DNA from: Nemertoderma westbladi | Taxonomy: Eukaryota > Animalia > Xenacoelomorpha | Direction of reading: 5' to 3' | DNA: 64,000 bases | Assembly (NCBI GenBank): GCA_032718475.1 | Contig: JAUCBJ010000852.1 | Location: 18,907-82,906, forward strand | Shown here: positions 12,373 to 25,500 of the stretch, piece after piece | Numbering within the stretch: position 1 is the first letter of the stretch | Layout: each line of letters opens with the position of its first letter | Program-made: the position numbers and the translations under genes | Notes under the pieces: model-generated | Databases searched by the model: none | The model's input: the letters and a program-made list of their open reading frames with translations, nothing else | What the model was told of the DNA's origin: nothing

Positions 12373-13351
12373 ATTCGCTACACTGTGTGTATTGTATGGG
12401 GGGGATAATGTCTGATTATATATCTGAGGGATATCACTGGGTGCTGTATTATGGAATTCATCTATTATTTTTACCGATTTCAGAGTACTTTCCAGCCATG
12501 AGCGTAGTTTTACACTATTAGTGTGTACTGATTGTAATCATGTAGAATCGGTAGTCTTGGCAAGGGCAAAAGTCTTCATCATTTATCAAATGTTTGTTAA
12601 CGAAATTAATCAATAATAGATTGAACAACGTTTCAATTGTAACAAATTTTTCTATATTATGGGAAATTGTGTCAAAATTTAGTTCCCAAAATATTAACTG
12701 GGGAGGTTTTCTTCTAAGTTTCTCCATTACATTTCTAATTTCGTCTCTAGCCGTTTTATTTAGACAACTACCAGAAACCGATGTTATTCAATTAACCTCA
12801 CGTCGTGATATTAAATTTAGATAGAACTCTTTCTAGATAAAATATATAGAAAATTCTAGAAAAAATAGAAATATCTATCATTTTTTTTTCAAAAAATACT
12901 AGCTATTAAAAAAACACACTAGCTACCATAAAAAAATATCTATTAAGGTTCTAGAACATTCACCAATATCCAAAAAAACACTATAAAGCAATATTATATT
13001 TTTTAATTTTCAAAAAATAGTAGCTAGTAAAAAAAACGAGCTACCATTAAAAAATTTATACTAAGGTTCTAGAACAATCACCAATGTTCTACAACATAAT
13101 AAAATGGCATAAAACACAATAAATTTACACAAATGTGCTGTATACATACATACTGTACTAGTACTGGTTATACATAATACTTGTACCAATATCACAAAAT
13201 TACTAGCTACCATCTTGCTGTCAAAAGGTCAAAAGGTCAAATATTTATTTCTAGAACATAAAACCACTTGGCACAGTAATAACTACTGAAATAATACAAT
13301 AGTATTCAAGTGCATGGTGGTGTTCTTATTTGATAAATAATAAACATTGTT

Positions 13352-15594
13352 AGCAATAGCAAGAGGTTCAGATACAATGTTTTCCAAACTAGCCAATAAG
13401 GCCTTAGGTCCAATAGTTAATAACCTGTACGCTTATGTAGGCGCACCTCCTGTTCGAACCGGGACCTGTACGCGGTATGTTTTAAATACCGCGGTGCGAA
13501 CTCTAAAATATCATGGGACCAGCAACGATTCCCCTTATACCAGGACGACGGACTGGAAAGAGTTAAATCTCAATCACAACCTTATCAATTCTAAGGTAGA
13601 CCTAGACATTGTCCAGGGATGCGCCGCACTGTACCGAGAGGGACTAAAAACAGACCCCGACTCCCTGCTTGCGACCTGGGTGGATAAGTTAAGTATTCGG
13701 CGTGCTGATGAGCTCCAAAAGGGAAGAATGACATACTCCCCATTCTTAGACGTAAACATACCCGCTGCTGACGCATATCTTGAGACACATCAATTCCTCG
13801 AAAAGAACCTGGGGTACCCCATCGGTCCTAGCTATTTTGACCATATGCGTGCGACCTTAGCCGTATTATCGCTTCCCGTTGTATACTACCGAGTTAATAC
13901 AATCGGAGGATTTGTCCAGAAAGAATTCTCTCAAGAGCAATTGTGGAACCGTATTACAACACTATCTACCTTTATAAAGCAACTTGAAAGAGGTCAAAAA
14001 GACGCACGCTCTATCGCGTTGCCATGCATAATATTTCGCTTCTTCCAGTACGCAATTGAAGAACTGTCAAAGATTACCTTAGAAAAGCACGAGGGAAGTG
14101 CGTTGAAGGCCGGGACTGTCGACAAGGTGTCTAAAATCTATGGCAAAGTCACTGAGATCTCTGACAATCTATGCATGGTCATCACAGGTGATAACTCCAA
14201 GTGGAACGAGTGCGTCTCAATTCCCGCTTTAGTCCGGATTCTAATGACAATTTTTAAGAATTGCGACACACATAATTACCAGACACTAACAACTATCTGC
14301 TTGATGCTCGAAAATCTGTTTGAATCCAAGAGCCTGAGATTGGGGAAGGGGTTATCGGTAAAGGACAAAAATGGGGTGTTAACCAATGGCGCAATTACCA
14401 GGGAATTAATCAGGCTTTGTCCGGATGTACACAATATCGTAGATGGCTACCAGGACTTCATAAACGAAGAAGAGCAAACAATTTGGGTCCCCCCAGGGAT
14501 GGTGATGGGGATGCTCAATACTGGGTCTACGCTAGTGGGAATGGTCTGTTCACTTCCTGAATACCTTATGAAGATCCAAAGTAGTGACGACTTCGTTTCA
14601 ATATTGAAAGCAGAGTTAGTCGTAAAGGAGTACGCCAGGGAATGGATTAAAGCAAACCAACCGGACGATTGGCAAGAAATCTTGGAGAACCACCGGAAAG
14701 TTAAGTTCTTTTCAATGTGTCTAGCTGCTACTGCTACAAGCCTTTTTGAAAGAGCCTTAAGACCAATGATTCAATACCCAAAACCTACAGTATCGAGAAA
14801 GGGGATTACTGGGAATATAATTCTGTCCATAATTTAGGTAAATACCTGGGAAACTTCTCGACAGAGTTACCAACTCTACTCCCATTGGGTAAAAACCCAT
14901 CTGTGGATTTGGAATGCCTCGCTAAATCACTAAGAGAGAGTTGTCAGAAGGGGGCATTGGACCCTTGTTTGGTCCCAATCGCACTAGGTATTGTCGAGCG
15001 TAACTACAAACTAGATTACTTTGCCAATCCCAACCCGAGGGGCGTTGCTCACATGCGCGGCCCGGTTCTGAGTAAGCTATACGAAGAGACACCCAATCTG
15101 AGTGTTAATTCTACTCATCCTTGCCACGGTGGTCCCTTATTATGGTCCACTAGTACTCTTACTTGCAATCACTGGGCCTAGGATGGCATCTAGGCATATA
15201 CCCCGACTTATATATACAAAGGGTTATGAACCCCATCAATCCCACCAATTTTACTTCGGATAATAAAGACCTAGTATTGTTTTCGAGCAGTAAACGCAGC
15301 GAGGTTGAAGCTGAATTCTCTCCAGGATGCATGTCAATAGCTTTCAGGGACAATCGTAAATGTTTGAACACTACCCAAGGAAACCTTAGGATCAACCGTG
15401 CACGCAAATATAGAAGGTTCAACACCGGACTGGGGAAATGCGCAAGGGACGTAGCTATGTTTAACATGCAAAGTACAGCTTCAGTAGCCAAGACACTGTA
15501 TAATAGATACAGCGCTGTAAATGAACTGTCTGAGTTGACACCCGATGAGGGGAACGCATTAAATGAGTTAAAACAGATTTGTGATACATTGTGA
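13352..15594 (+). pseudogene. PB1: Endogenous viral element: orthomyxovirus-like (Articulavirales) PB1 RNA-dependent RNA polymerase, near full length, frameshifts at ~14765 and ~15175
   Basis: ATG at 13377. YVGAPPVRTGT (cf. influenza YTGDPPYSHGT), KGRMTY, motif F KQLERGQKDARSIALP, A TGDNSKWNE, B PGMVMGMLN, C IQSSDDF; after the frameshift KTY...EYNS...GNFSTELP (cf. KSY...EFTS...ANFSMELP), HGGP, RVMNPINP, RDNRKCLNT. Confidence 0.93.
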
Positions 15595-15602
15595 ATATAT
15601 AT

Positions 15603-18600
15603 TAGGGTGCATCATTTGCCCCACGATTTTCAAAACTTTTATAGATTGTCTTGTACCTCGGCAAAATAGTTCCTTTTAATGAAAAAATCAAGTATGTGAA
15701 ATATTACCTCAAAATATTTATGTCTACCTGGTCCACCAACTTCATTAATAATGCCCCCTGTAGCGACACTTCGATGCGATTATAAGCTATAAGCAATTTT
15801 TGAGATAGCGAATATTTGGCACCCCTGTGTTAATGACTGAATGATATTAACTCAATAGATCCACAATTGTCGACTTAGTGGGGGTAGACACATTCAATTT
15901 AAGGATCGAGTGATCAGTTCTTGAGATATTACATAAGATGAATAGACTCTCACTCTCACAATGCAACATAACTACAGCAATGAAATGGGTATTCATTAAA
16001 AGTAAAATGTAACATACTTATAATAGATCAAACAATCAAGAATTATGCTCTTTCAAACCACAATGGACCATTTAGATCCTTGAGTCCTAATCAATCAATT
16101 TTTACTTCATCTATTTATTGTGATACTTTAAAAATTTGAGTCAACTTGCTATATAATAATATAGTATTATATAATCAATGTTATGTTCATCATACTATTT
16201 CGATTATGATAAAAGTAAACTCAAAATTTCGGTTACAGAGACTACATTACTAAATCAACAACTGAATCAACAACTAGCTAATATATTCACTAATATATAG
16301 AAGCTGACAATAAAATGTTCATAATAATTGGATGAGTTCATGACAGTCCGTCTCTGAATCATTTCTTTCCATACTGCTTCTTCCGCTTTCTTAAGTTCGG
16401 CATGGATTTACGATCCCTCTCCACTACTTGTAGTACATTCTGGAAATGTTCTTCTTTCTTTGCAGCCTCCAAAAAGTCGGAACTCAATTTGACACCCCTC
16501 TCTGAAATATCATTTAAATTATTGATGGCCTTTATATTTTCTAATGAGTTTTTATATACCTCCAGGGTCGACCAGTCATTCACATTGGTATTCAAGAAAG
16601 AGCTGTCTAGTTTCAAGAGATGAAATGTATACCATGAGTCTGGACCAACAAGATCTGGTAGTGTGGTTGATGGAGAAATGTCTGGAAATTTGGGTTTCCC
16701 ATAACTTGTTCCAAATCTATTCTGTGGAGCATTGGGTAGCTCTTTAGGTTTGATGTTCAACAGTGCATCAGCAAGCGCACGTTTCTCATGATTAGTCAGT
16801 TTGCTACTGAACAGAGCCAATGGTATATATTCTTCAGTGAGATACCAGAGGTGTCTATTCAGTGCTTTCAATGCACTACTTGACACCTGTGGGTTAAGTT
16901 CTGCATAAGAAACAATATTGCGATAAAGAATGAGATCATTGATAGGAGCATCAATCGTATGTCCACAGGAAAACCACCAGCTGCTATAAATCAAAGTGAC
17001 AAAGTTAGTAAATTCACGAAGCTTAGTCATCTGGTATTTGGATGCAATGGTTCCCTTTGGTAGAAGATTGATCTGTTTTTCCATCAAACACATCTTCAGA
17101 GCATACAGTAACTTGCTCATCCATCTAGCTTTGTGCATTGCACCAGGATATTTGAACTTGTATGGGTGTTCCTGATCCTTTCCAAGAAAAACTTCACAAA
17201 GTTTAGCAAATTCAGCATAGTCTTCCCTACAATACTCTGCTGTTGATTGTGATTGTAAGAGGACATCATTTTTCCAGTTATTAACAATAGTTGTGGTTTC
17301 TAAATTCTCAGACACAGAAAGACCAGACAATTGGTGAACATCATAATCACTTTCAAGCATCTGGAAATGTTTTTGAAATCGAACAAAAATCATGATCTCA
17401 GGAGATTGGGATACCTCAATGTATAAATCAGTGAACACCTGTGTTAATATGATCTCCCCTATGTGGTGGCGACACCCCGACCATAGAAGAGCTCGATCTA
17501 GTCTTTGCTGAACTGATATACAAGCTGCAGAAATGTGGCCAGTGTTACTTGATGTTGTATCAAAAACGAGGTTGACAATGGATTCCGTACACCCCCATTT
17601 ATCTAACAGTTCACCTGTTTTCTCAGATATGATAGAACCAGTGGTTTTATCTGACCCTGGTTTGTATGCTGGTACACCAAGCAGTTTTGTATCTGTACTT
17701 GTACCAACATAGACAGCAAGTCGCTCTTCTGCATCATACTTGTTTTGTAATGTTGGTAGGAGCTTGTTATCCCAATGAAGAGAAGCAAATTTCGGAGGAA
17801 CCCACTCACAACGTGTTGTTGTAGCAATCTCTTCATTCACTGTCCTACGGGCTTTATCAGCTGTCGCATATGATGTTGAGATTTTTGTCTTATCACCCCC
17901 TGAAACTTCAACAATAGCTTCAGTAAATGCAGCCTGCTGAGCTGGAGTCATTTTGATCCTTGTGGCTAAGGACACAATTTGTGGCGATTTCAGAATATCA
18001 TGAGGGATAAAAGCTTGTGTTCCAGTGAATTTGGTCCTGTGATGACTGCAATAAGTGGTAGTACTACTGCTTGGTTGGTCCGTGGCAGTACATCCCTCAT
18101 TGCTGCTTTCATCTGTGGAAGTGTCAATGTCTAGTAATGCACTCTGAGGATTATCTGCAATAGCCTGTGCATTTTTTAACCTTTTTTCACATATTTGATG
18201 GCGATCTTTAATTCGTTTCACTTTCGCAGCAAGGAGCTTATCAAAACTTCCCATGGTTGCCTGCCTGTCACCCATCATTGACTTCAGAAACTCTAAATCA
18301 TCTTTATTTTTAATTGTTTCTAAGGCATCTGTTGTCCACAGTTGGAAAGTTTTATCAAGTGTAAATTGTGCTGCCTGCAATCTTTCAATTATGGTTGTAT
18401 TGTTTCGACGTGATAATGGTATTTGCCGAAGTTTGGCATTTTCATCCATTAGTTTTATTATTTTCTGAGCCGCTTTCTTCTGGGTCATCATTGGAATATT
18501 AGCTTTGGAATAAAATACATTTATTTGACTTAAAACTGCCATAGCTGAATCCCACTTAAATGGTGTTGTTATTTTTTTTGACATGCCTTCTTGAATATGA

Positions 18601-19593
18601 TAGAGCATGCACCGCAATACTTGACGACATGTTGGTAAACGGCATCCTGTAATAACCTTGTCATTTATTGTTATCCCCTCTCCTAGACCATATATTTTAT
18701 TTGATTCGCGTGTCTGTGTAGTTGATTTCGAGCTTGTTGCCATGTTTTAAAAACTAAATACTAAATATATAAGGCATAATTATAGTGTCCCAATATAATT
18801 TATTATCAAATTATACTTATGAGAATAATCAAAGTTTACATAGCCTATATCATTAGACACTGCTGGTACTGTCTGACTGTATTTTTAAAGTTTAATAAGC
18901 CAAATAAGACATACATAGACAAGGTAAGTGTGTACTGGAAACCAGTAAAATACTTATATCTTCTATACACTATTAGTTACCAAATAGGCCTAATATGTGA
19001 TCGTGACTGCCAGTGCAGCCAGAATTAGTCTACCAGGTGGACTGGACTGGACTGGATAGGTACTCATACATACATCAAGACAGAGTGACAAATTCAACAA
19101 AGCGATATTACCTCAAACTGCATTAATAATAGGCTCATTCAAACTGCAATGTGCAAGATGGTGGGTATAGGCGCCTTTAAAACAACATTAAAGTGATTAG
19201 ATCTTGATATATTGCATGCGCAGCTACTATATTGCTTTTGCACGAAGCAATGCCCTTATGTGAAGGTATGCTGGTATACCCATTTCAACAATATATCGAG
19301 AACTAGACATACTCTTGTTTTGAATGTTTTTACCCCCACTAAATCGACCATTGCTGTTCTAATAAGTTACTATCACTAATGCAAGGATACCAAAAGTTGG
19401 TTATATCGAAAATTGCTAATTTGTAATGTCGCGTCAAATGTCGCTGAAGCGGTAATTACAAATGAAGTTGGTGGACCAGGTAAATATTATTTATTTGCCA
19501 AAATACTTCACATGCATTATTTTCCCATCAAAATGAACTATTTATGAGAGGTACAAGACAATCCATGATGTAAGGGGCAAATGATGCACCCTA
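15603..19593 (-). mobile_element. hATm-like DNA transposon, apparently complete, with long imperfect TIRs
   Basis: TAGGGTGCATCATTTGCCCC...GGGGCAAATGATGCACCCTA termini; subterminal homology continues for ~300 bp (e.g. ACCTGGTCCACCAACTTCATT / AATGAAGTTGGTGGACCAGGT); flanks ATATATAT / ATAATTAT form an imperfect TSD. Confidence 0.85.
16359..18743 (-). CDS. Intact 794-aa hATm-type transposase
   Basis: Uninterrupted ORF with LHWDNK, EERLAV, FDTTSSNTG, CRHH (CxxH), ARWMSK and NDISERGVK motifs. Confidence 0.85.
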   Translation of the reverse strand: MATSSKSTTQTRESNKIYGLGEGITINDKVITGCRLPTCRQVLRCMLYHIQEGMSKKITTPFKWDSAMAVLSQINVFYSKANIPMMTQKKAAQKIIKLMDENAKLRQIPLSRRNNTTIIERLQAAQFTLDKTFQLWTTDALETIKNKDDLEFLKSMMGDRQATMGSFDKLLAAKVKRIKDRHQICEKRLKNAQAIADNPQSALLDIDTSTDESSNEGCTATDQPSSSTTTYCSHHRTKFTGTQAFIPHDILKSPQIVSLATRIKMTPAQQAAFTEAIVEVSGGDKTKISTSYATADKARRTVNEEIATTTRCEWVPPKFASLHWDNKLLPTLQNKYDAEERLAVYVGTSTDTKLLGVPAYKPGSDKTTGSIISEKTGELLDKWGCTESIVNLVFDTTSSNTGHISAACISVQQRLDRALLWSGCRHHIGEIILTQVFTDLYIEVSQSPEIMIFVRFQKHFQMLESDYDVHQLSGLSVSENLETTTIVNNWKNDVLLQSQSTAEYCREDYAEFAKLCEVFLGKDQEHPYKFKYPGAMHKARWMSKLLYALKMCLMEKQINLLPKGTIASKYQMTKLREFTNFVTLIYSSWWFSCGHTIDAPINDLILYRNIVSYAELNPQVSSSALKALNRHLWYLTEEYIPLALFSSKLTNHEKRALADALLNIKPKELPNAPQNRFGTSYGKPKFPDISPSTTLPDLVGPDSWYTFHLLKLDSSFLNTNVNDWSTLEVYKNSLENIKAINNLNDISERGVKLSSDFLEAAKKEEHFQNVLQVVERDRKSMPNLRKRKKQYGKK

Positions 19594-22500
19594 ATAATTA
19601 TATGTGTACATAATTATATGTGTATATCGTTATATGTGTACATCGTTCTATGTGTACATCGTTCTATGTGTACATCGTTCTATGTGTACATCGTTCTATG
19701 TGTATATCGTTCTATGTGTATGTCAATCTATGTGTATATCGTTCTATGTGTACATCGTTATGTGTACATAATTATATGTGTATATCGTTATATGTGTACA
19801 TCGTTCTATGTGTACATCGTTCTATGTGTACATCGTTCTATGTGTATATCGTTCTATGTGTAAGTCATTCTATGTGTACATCGTTCTATGTGTATATCGT
19901 TCTATGTGTATGTCATTACATGTGTATATCGTTCTATGTGTATGTCGTTCTATGTGTATGTCATTCTATGTGTATATCGTTCTATGTGTATGTCATTATA
20001 TGTGTATATCATTCTATGTGTACATCGTTATGTGTACATCGTTCTATGTGTACATCGTCATATGTGTATGTCGTTCTATGTGTACATCATTATATGTGTA
20101 CATCGTTCTATGTGTACATCGTTCTATGTGTACATCGTTCTATGTGTACATCGTCATATGTGTATGTCGTTCTATGTGTACATCGTACTATGTGTATGTC
20201 ATTCTATATGTAAATCGTTCTATGTGTACATCGTTCTATGTGTACATCGTTATGTGTACATCGTTCTATGTGCATGTCGTTCTATGTGTACATTGTTCTA
20301 TGAGTACATCGTTGTGTACATCGTTCTATGTGTATGTCATTATATGTGTATATCGTTCTATGTGTACATCGTCCTATGTGAACATCGCTATGTGTACATC
20401 GTTCTATGTGTACATCGTTCTATGTGTACATCGTTCTATGTGTACATCGTCATGTGTACATCGTTCTATGTGTATGTCATTATATGTGTACATCGTTCTA
20501 TGTGTACATCGTCCTATGTGAACATCGCTATGTGTACATCATTATGTGTACATCATTCTATGTGTACATCGTTCTATGTGTACATCGTTCTATGTGTACA
20601 TCGTTCTATGTGTACATTGTCATATGTGTATGTCGTTCTATGTGCACATCGTTCTATGTGTATGTCGTTCTATGTGTACATCGTTCTATGTGTACATCGT
20701 TATGTGTACATCATTCTATGTGTACATCGTTCTATGTGTACATCGTTCTATGTGTACATCGTCATATGTGTATGTCGTTCTATGTGTACATCGTTCTATG
20801 TGTACATCGTTCTATGTGAACATCGCTATGTGTACATCGTTCTATGTGTACATCGTTATGTGTACATCGTTCTATGTGTACATCGTTATGTGTACATCGT
20901 TCTATGTGCACATCGTTCTATGTGTACATCGTCATATGTGTATGTCGTTCTATGTGTACATCGTCATATGTGTACATCGTTCTATGTGTACATCGTACTA
21001 TGTGTATGTCGTTCTATGTGTACATCGTTCTATGTGTACATCGCTATGTGTACATCGTTATGTGTGTACATCGTTATGTCTACATCGTTCTATGTGTACA
21101 TCGTTCTATGTGTACATCGTTATGTGTACATCGTTCTATGTGTACATCGTTATGTGTACATCATTCTATGTGTACATCGTTCTATGTGTACATTGTTCTA
21201 TGTGTACATCGTTCTATGTGTAAGTCATTCTATGTGTACATCGTTCTATGTGTATATCGTTCTATGTGTATGTCATTACATGTGTATATCGTTCTATGTG
21301 TATGTCGTTCTATGTGTATGTCATTCTATGTGTATATCGTTCTATGTGTATGTCATTATATGTGTATATCATTCTATGTGTACATCGTTATGTGTACATC
21401 GTTCTATGTGTACATCGTCATATGTGTATGTCGTTCTATGTGTACATCATTATATGTGTACATCGTTCTATGTGTACATCGTTCTATGTGTACATCGTTC
21501 TATGTGTACATCGTTCTATGTGTACATCGTCATATGTGTATGTCGTTCTATGTGTACATCGTACTATGTGTATGTCATTCTATGTGTAAATCATTCTATG
21601 TGTACATCGTTATGTGTACATCGTTCTATGTGTACATCGTTATGTGTACATCATTCTATGTGCATGTCGTTCTATGTGTACATCGTTCTATGTGTACATC
21701 GTTGTGTACATCGTTCTATGTGTATGTCATTATATGTGTATATCGTTCTATGTGTACATCGTCCTATGTGAACATCGCTATGTGTACATCGTGCTATGTG
21801 TACATCGTTCTATGTGTACATCATTCTATGTGTACATCGTTCTATGTGTACATCGTCATGTGTACATCGTTCTATGTGTATGTCATTATATGTGTACATC
21901 GTTCTATGTGTACATCGTCCTATGTGAACATCGCTATGTGTACATCGTTATGTGTACATCATTCTATGTGTACATCGTTCTATGTGTACATCGTTCTATG
22001 TGTACATCGTTCTATGTGTACATCGTCATATGTGTATGTCGTTCTATGTGTACATCGTTCTATGTGTATGTCGTTCTATGTGTACATCGTTCTATGTGTA
22101 CATCGTTATGTGTACATCATTCTATGTGTACATCGTTATATGTGTACATCGTTCTATGTGTACATCGTCATATGTGTATGTCGTTCTATGTGTACATCGT
22201 TCTATGTGTACATCGTTCTATGTGAACGTCGCTATGTGTACATCGTTCTATGTGTACATCGTTATGTGTACATCGTTCTATGTGTACATCGTTATGTGTA
22301 CATCGTTCTATGTGCACATCGTTCTATGTGTACATCGTCATATGTGTATGTCGTTCTATGTGTACATCGTCATATGTGTACATCGTTCTATGTGTACATC
22401 GTACTATGTGTATGTTGTTCTATGTGTACATCGTTCTATGTGTACATCCCTATGTGTACATCGTTATGTGTGTACATCGTTATGTGTACATCATTCTATG

Positions 22501-25500
22501 TGTACATCGTTCTATGTGTACATCGTTATGTGTACATCGTTCTATGTGTACATCGTTATGTGTACATCATTCTATGTGTACATCGTTCTATGTGTACATC
22601 GTTCTATGTGTACATCGTCATATGTGTATGTCGTTCTATGTGTACATCGTTCTATGTATACATCGTTCTATGTGAACATCGCTATGTGTACATCGTTCTA
22701 TGTGTACATCGTTATGTGTACATCGTTCTATGTGTACATCGTTATGTGTACATCGTTCTATGTGTACATCGTTATGTGTACATCGTTCTATGTGTACATC
22801 GTTCTATGTGTACATCGTCATATGTGTATGTCATTATATGTGTACATCGTTCTATGTGTACATCGTCCTATGTGTACATCGTTCTATGTGTATATCATTC
22901 TATGTGTAAGTCATTCTATGTGTACATCGTTCTATGTGTATGTCATTATATGTGTATATCGTTCTATGTGTACATCGTCCTATGTGAACATCGTTCTATG
23001 TGTACATCGTTCTATGTGTACATCGTTCTATGTGTACATCGTTCTATGTGTATATCATTCTATGTGTATGTCAGTATATGTGTATATCGTTCTATGTGAA
23101 TGTCAATCTATGTGTATATCGTTCTATGTGTACATCGTTATGTGTACATAATTATATGTGTATATCGTTATATGTGTACATCGTTCTATGTGTACATCGT
23201 TCTATGTGTACATCGTTCTATGTGTATATCGTTCTATGTGTAAGTCATTCTATGTGTACATCGTTCTATGTGTATATCATTATGTGTACATCATTCTATG
23301 TGTACATCGTTATGTGTACATCGTTCTATGTGTACATCGTTCTATGTGTACATCGTTCTATCGTTCTATGTGTATATTGTTCTATGTGTATGTCAGTATA
23401 TGTGTATATCGTTCTATGTGTACATCGTTATGTGTACATAATTATATGTGTACATAATTATATGTGTATATCGTTATATGTGTACATCGTTCTATGTGTA
23501 CATCGTTCTATGTGTACATCGTTCTATGTGTACATCGTTCTATGTGTATATCGTTCTATGTGTATGTCAATCTATGTGTATATCGTTCTATGTGTACATC
23601 GTTATGTGTACATAATTATATGTGTATATCGTTATATGTGTACATCGTTCTATGTGTACATCGTTCTATGTGTACATCGTTCTATGTGTATATCGTTCTA
23701 TGTGTAAGTCATTCTATGTGTACATCGTTCTATGTGTATATCGTTCTATGTGTATGTCATTACATGTGTATATCGTTCTATGTGTATGTCGTTCTATGTG
23801 TATGTCATTCTATGTGTATATCGTTCTATGTGTATGTCATTATATGTGTATATCATTCTATGTGTACATCGTTATGTGTACATCGTTCTATGTGTACATC
23901 GTCATATGTGTATGTCGTTCTATGTGTACATCATTATATGTGTACATCGTTCTATGTGTACATCGTTCTATGTGTACATCGTTCTATGTGTACATCGTCA
24001 TATGTGTATGTCGTTCTATGTGTACATCGTACTATGTGTATGTCATTCTATATGTAAATCGTTCTATGTGTACATCGTTCTATGTGTACATCGTTATGTG
24101 TACATCGTTCTATGTGCATGTCGTTCTATGTGTACATTGTTCTATGAGTACATCGTTGTGTACATCGTTCTATGTGTATGTCATTATATGTGTATATCGT
24201 TCTATGTGTACATCGTCCTATGTGAACATCGCTATGTGTACATCGTTCTATGTGTACATCGTTCTATGTGTACATCGTTCTATGTGTACATCGTCATGTG
24301 TACATCGTTCTATGTGTATGTCATTATATGTGTACATCGTTCTATGTGTACATCGTCCTATGTGAACATCGCTATGTGTACATCATTATGTGTACATCAT
24401 TCTATGTGTACATCGTTCTATGTGTACATCGTTCTATGTGTACATCGTTCTATGTGTACATCGTCATATGTGTATGTCGTTCTATGTGCACATCGTTCTA
24501 TGTGTATGTCGTTCTATGTGTACATCGTTCTATGTGTACATCGTTATGTGTACATCATTCTATGTGTACATCGTTCTATGTGTACATCGTTCTATGTGTA
24601 CATCGTCATATGTGTATGTCGTTCTATGTGTACATCGTTCTATGTGTACATCGTTCTATGTGAACATCGCTATGTGTACATCGTTCTATGTGTACATCGT
24701 TATGTGTACATCGTTCTATGTGTACATCGTTATGTGTACATCGTTCTATGTGCACATCGTTCTATGTGTACATCGTCATATGTGTATGTCGTTCTATGTG
24801 TACATCGTCATATGTGTACATCGTTCTATGTGTACATCGTACTATGTGTATGTCGTTCTATGTGTACATCGTTCTATGTGTACATCGCTATGTGTACATC
24901 GTTATGTGTGTACATCGTTATGTCTACATCGTTCTATGTGTACATCGTTCTATGTGTACATCGTTATGTGTACATCGTTCTATGTGTACATCGTTATGTG
25001 TACATCATTCTATGTGTACATCGTTCTATGTGTACATCGTTCTATATGTACATCGTCATATGTGTATGTCGTTCTATGTGTACATCGTTCTATGTGTACA
25101 TCGTTCTATGTGAACATCGCTATGTGTACATCGTTCTATGTGTACATCGTTCTATGTGTACATCGTTATGTGTACATCGTTCTATGTGTACATCGTTATG
25201 TGTACATCGTTCTATGTGTACATCGTTCTATGTGTACATCGTCATATGTGTATGTCGTTCTATGTGTACATCGTCATATGTGTACATCGTTCTATGTGTA
25301 CATCGTACTATGTGTATGTCGTTCTATGTGTACATCGTTCTATGTGTACATCGCTATGTGTACATCGTTATGTGTGTACATGTTCTATGTGTACATCGTT
25401 ATGTGTACATCGTTCTATGTGTACATCGTTCTATGTGTATGTCATTATATGTGTACATCGTTCTATGTGTACATCGTTATGTGTACATCGTTCTATGTGT

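Noticed and set aside
12830-13260. AT-rich tract with recurring TTCTAGAA/TAGCTA motifs just upstream of the EVE as an integration vehicle
   Set aside because: Similar motifs recur at 36-44 kb as MITE interiors; no termini, TSD or retroelement link to PB1 could be defined.
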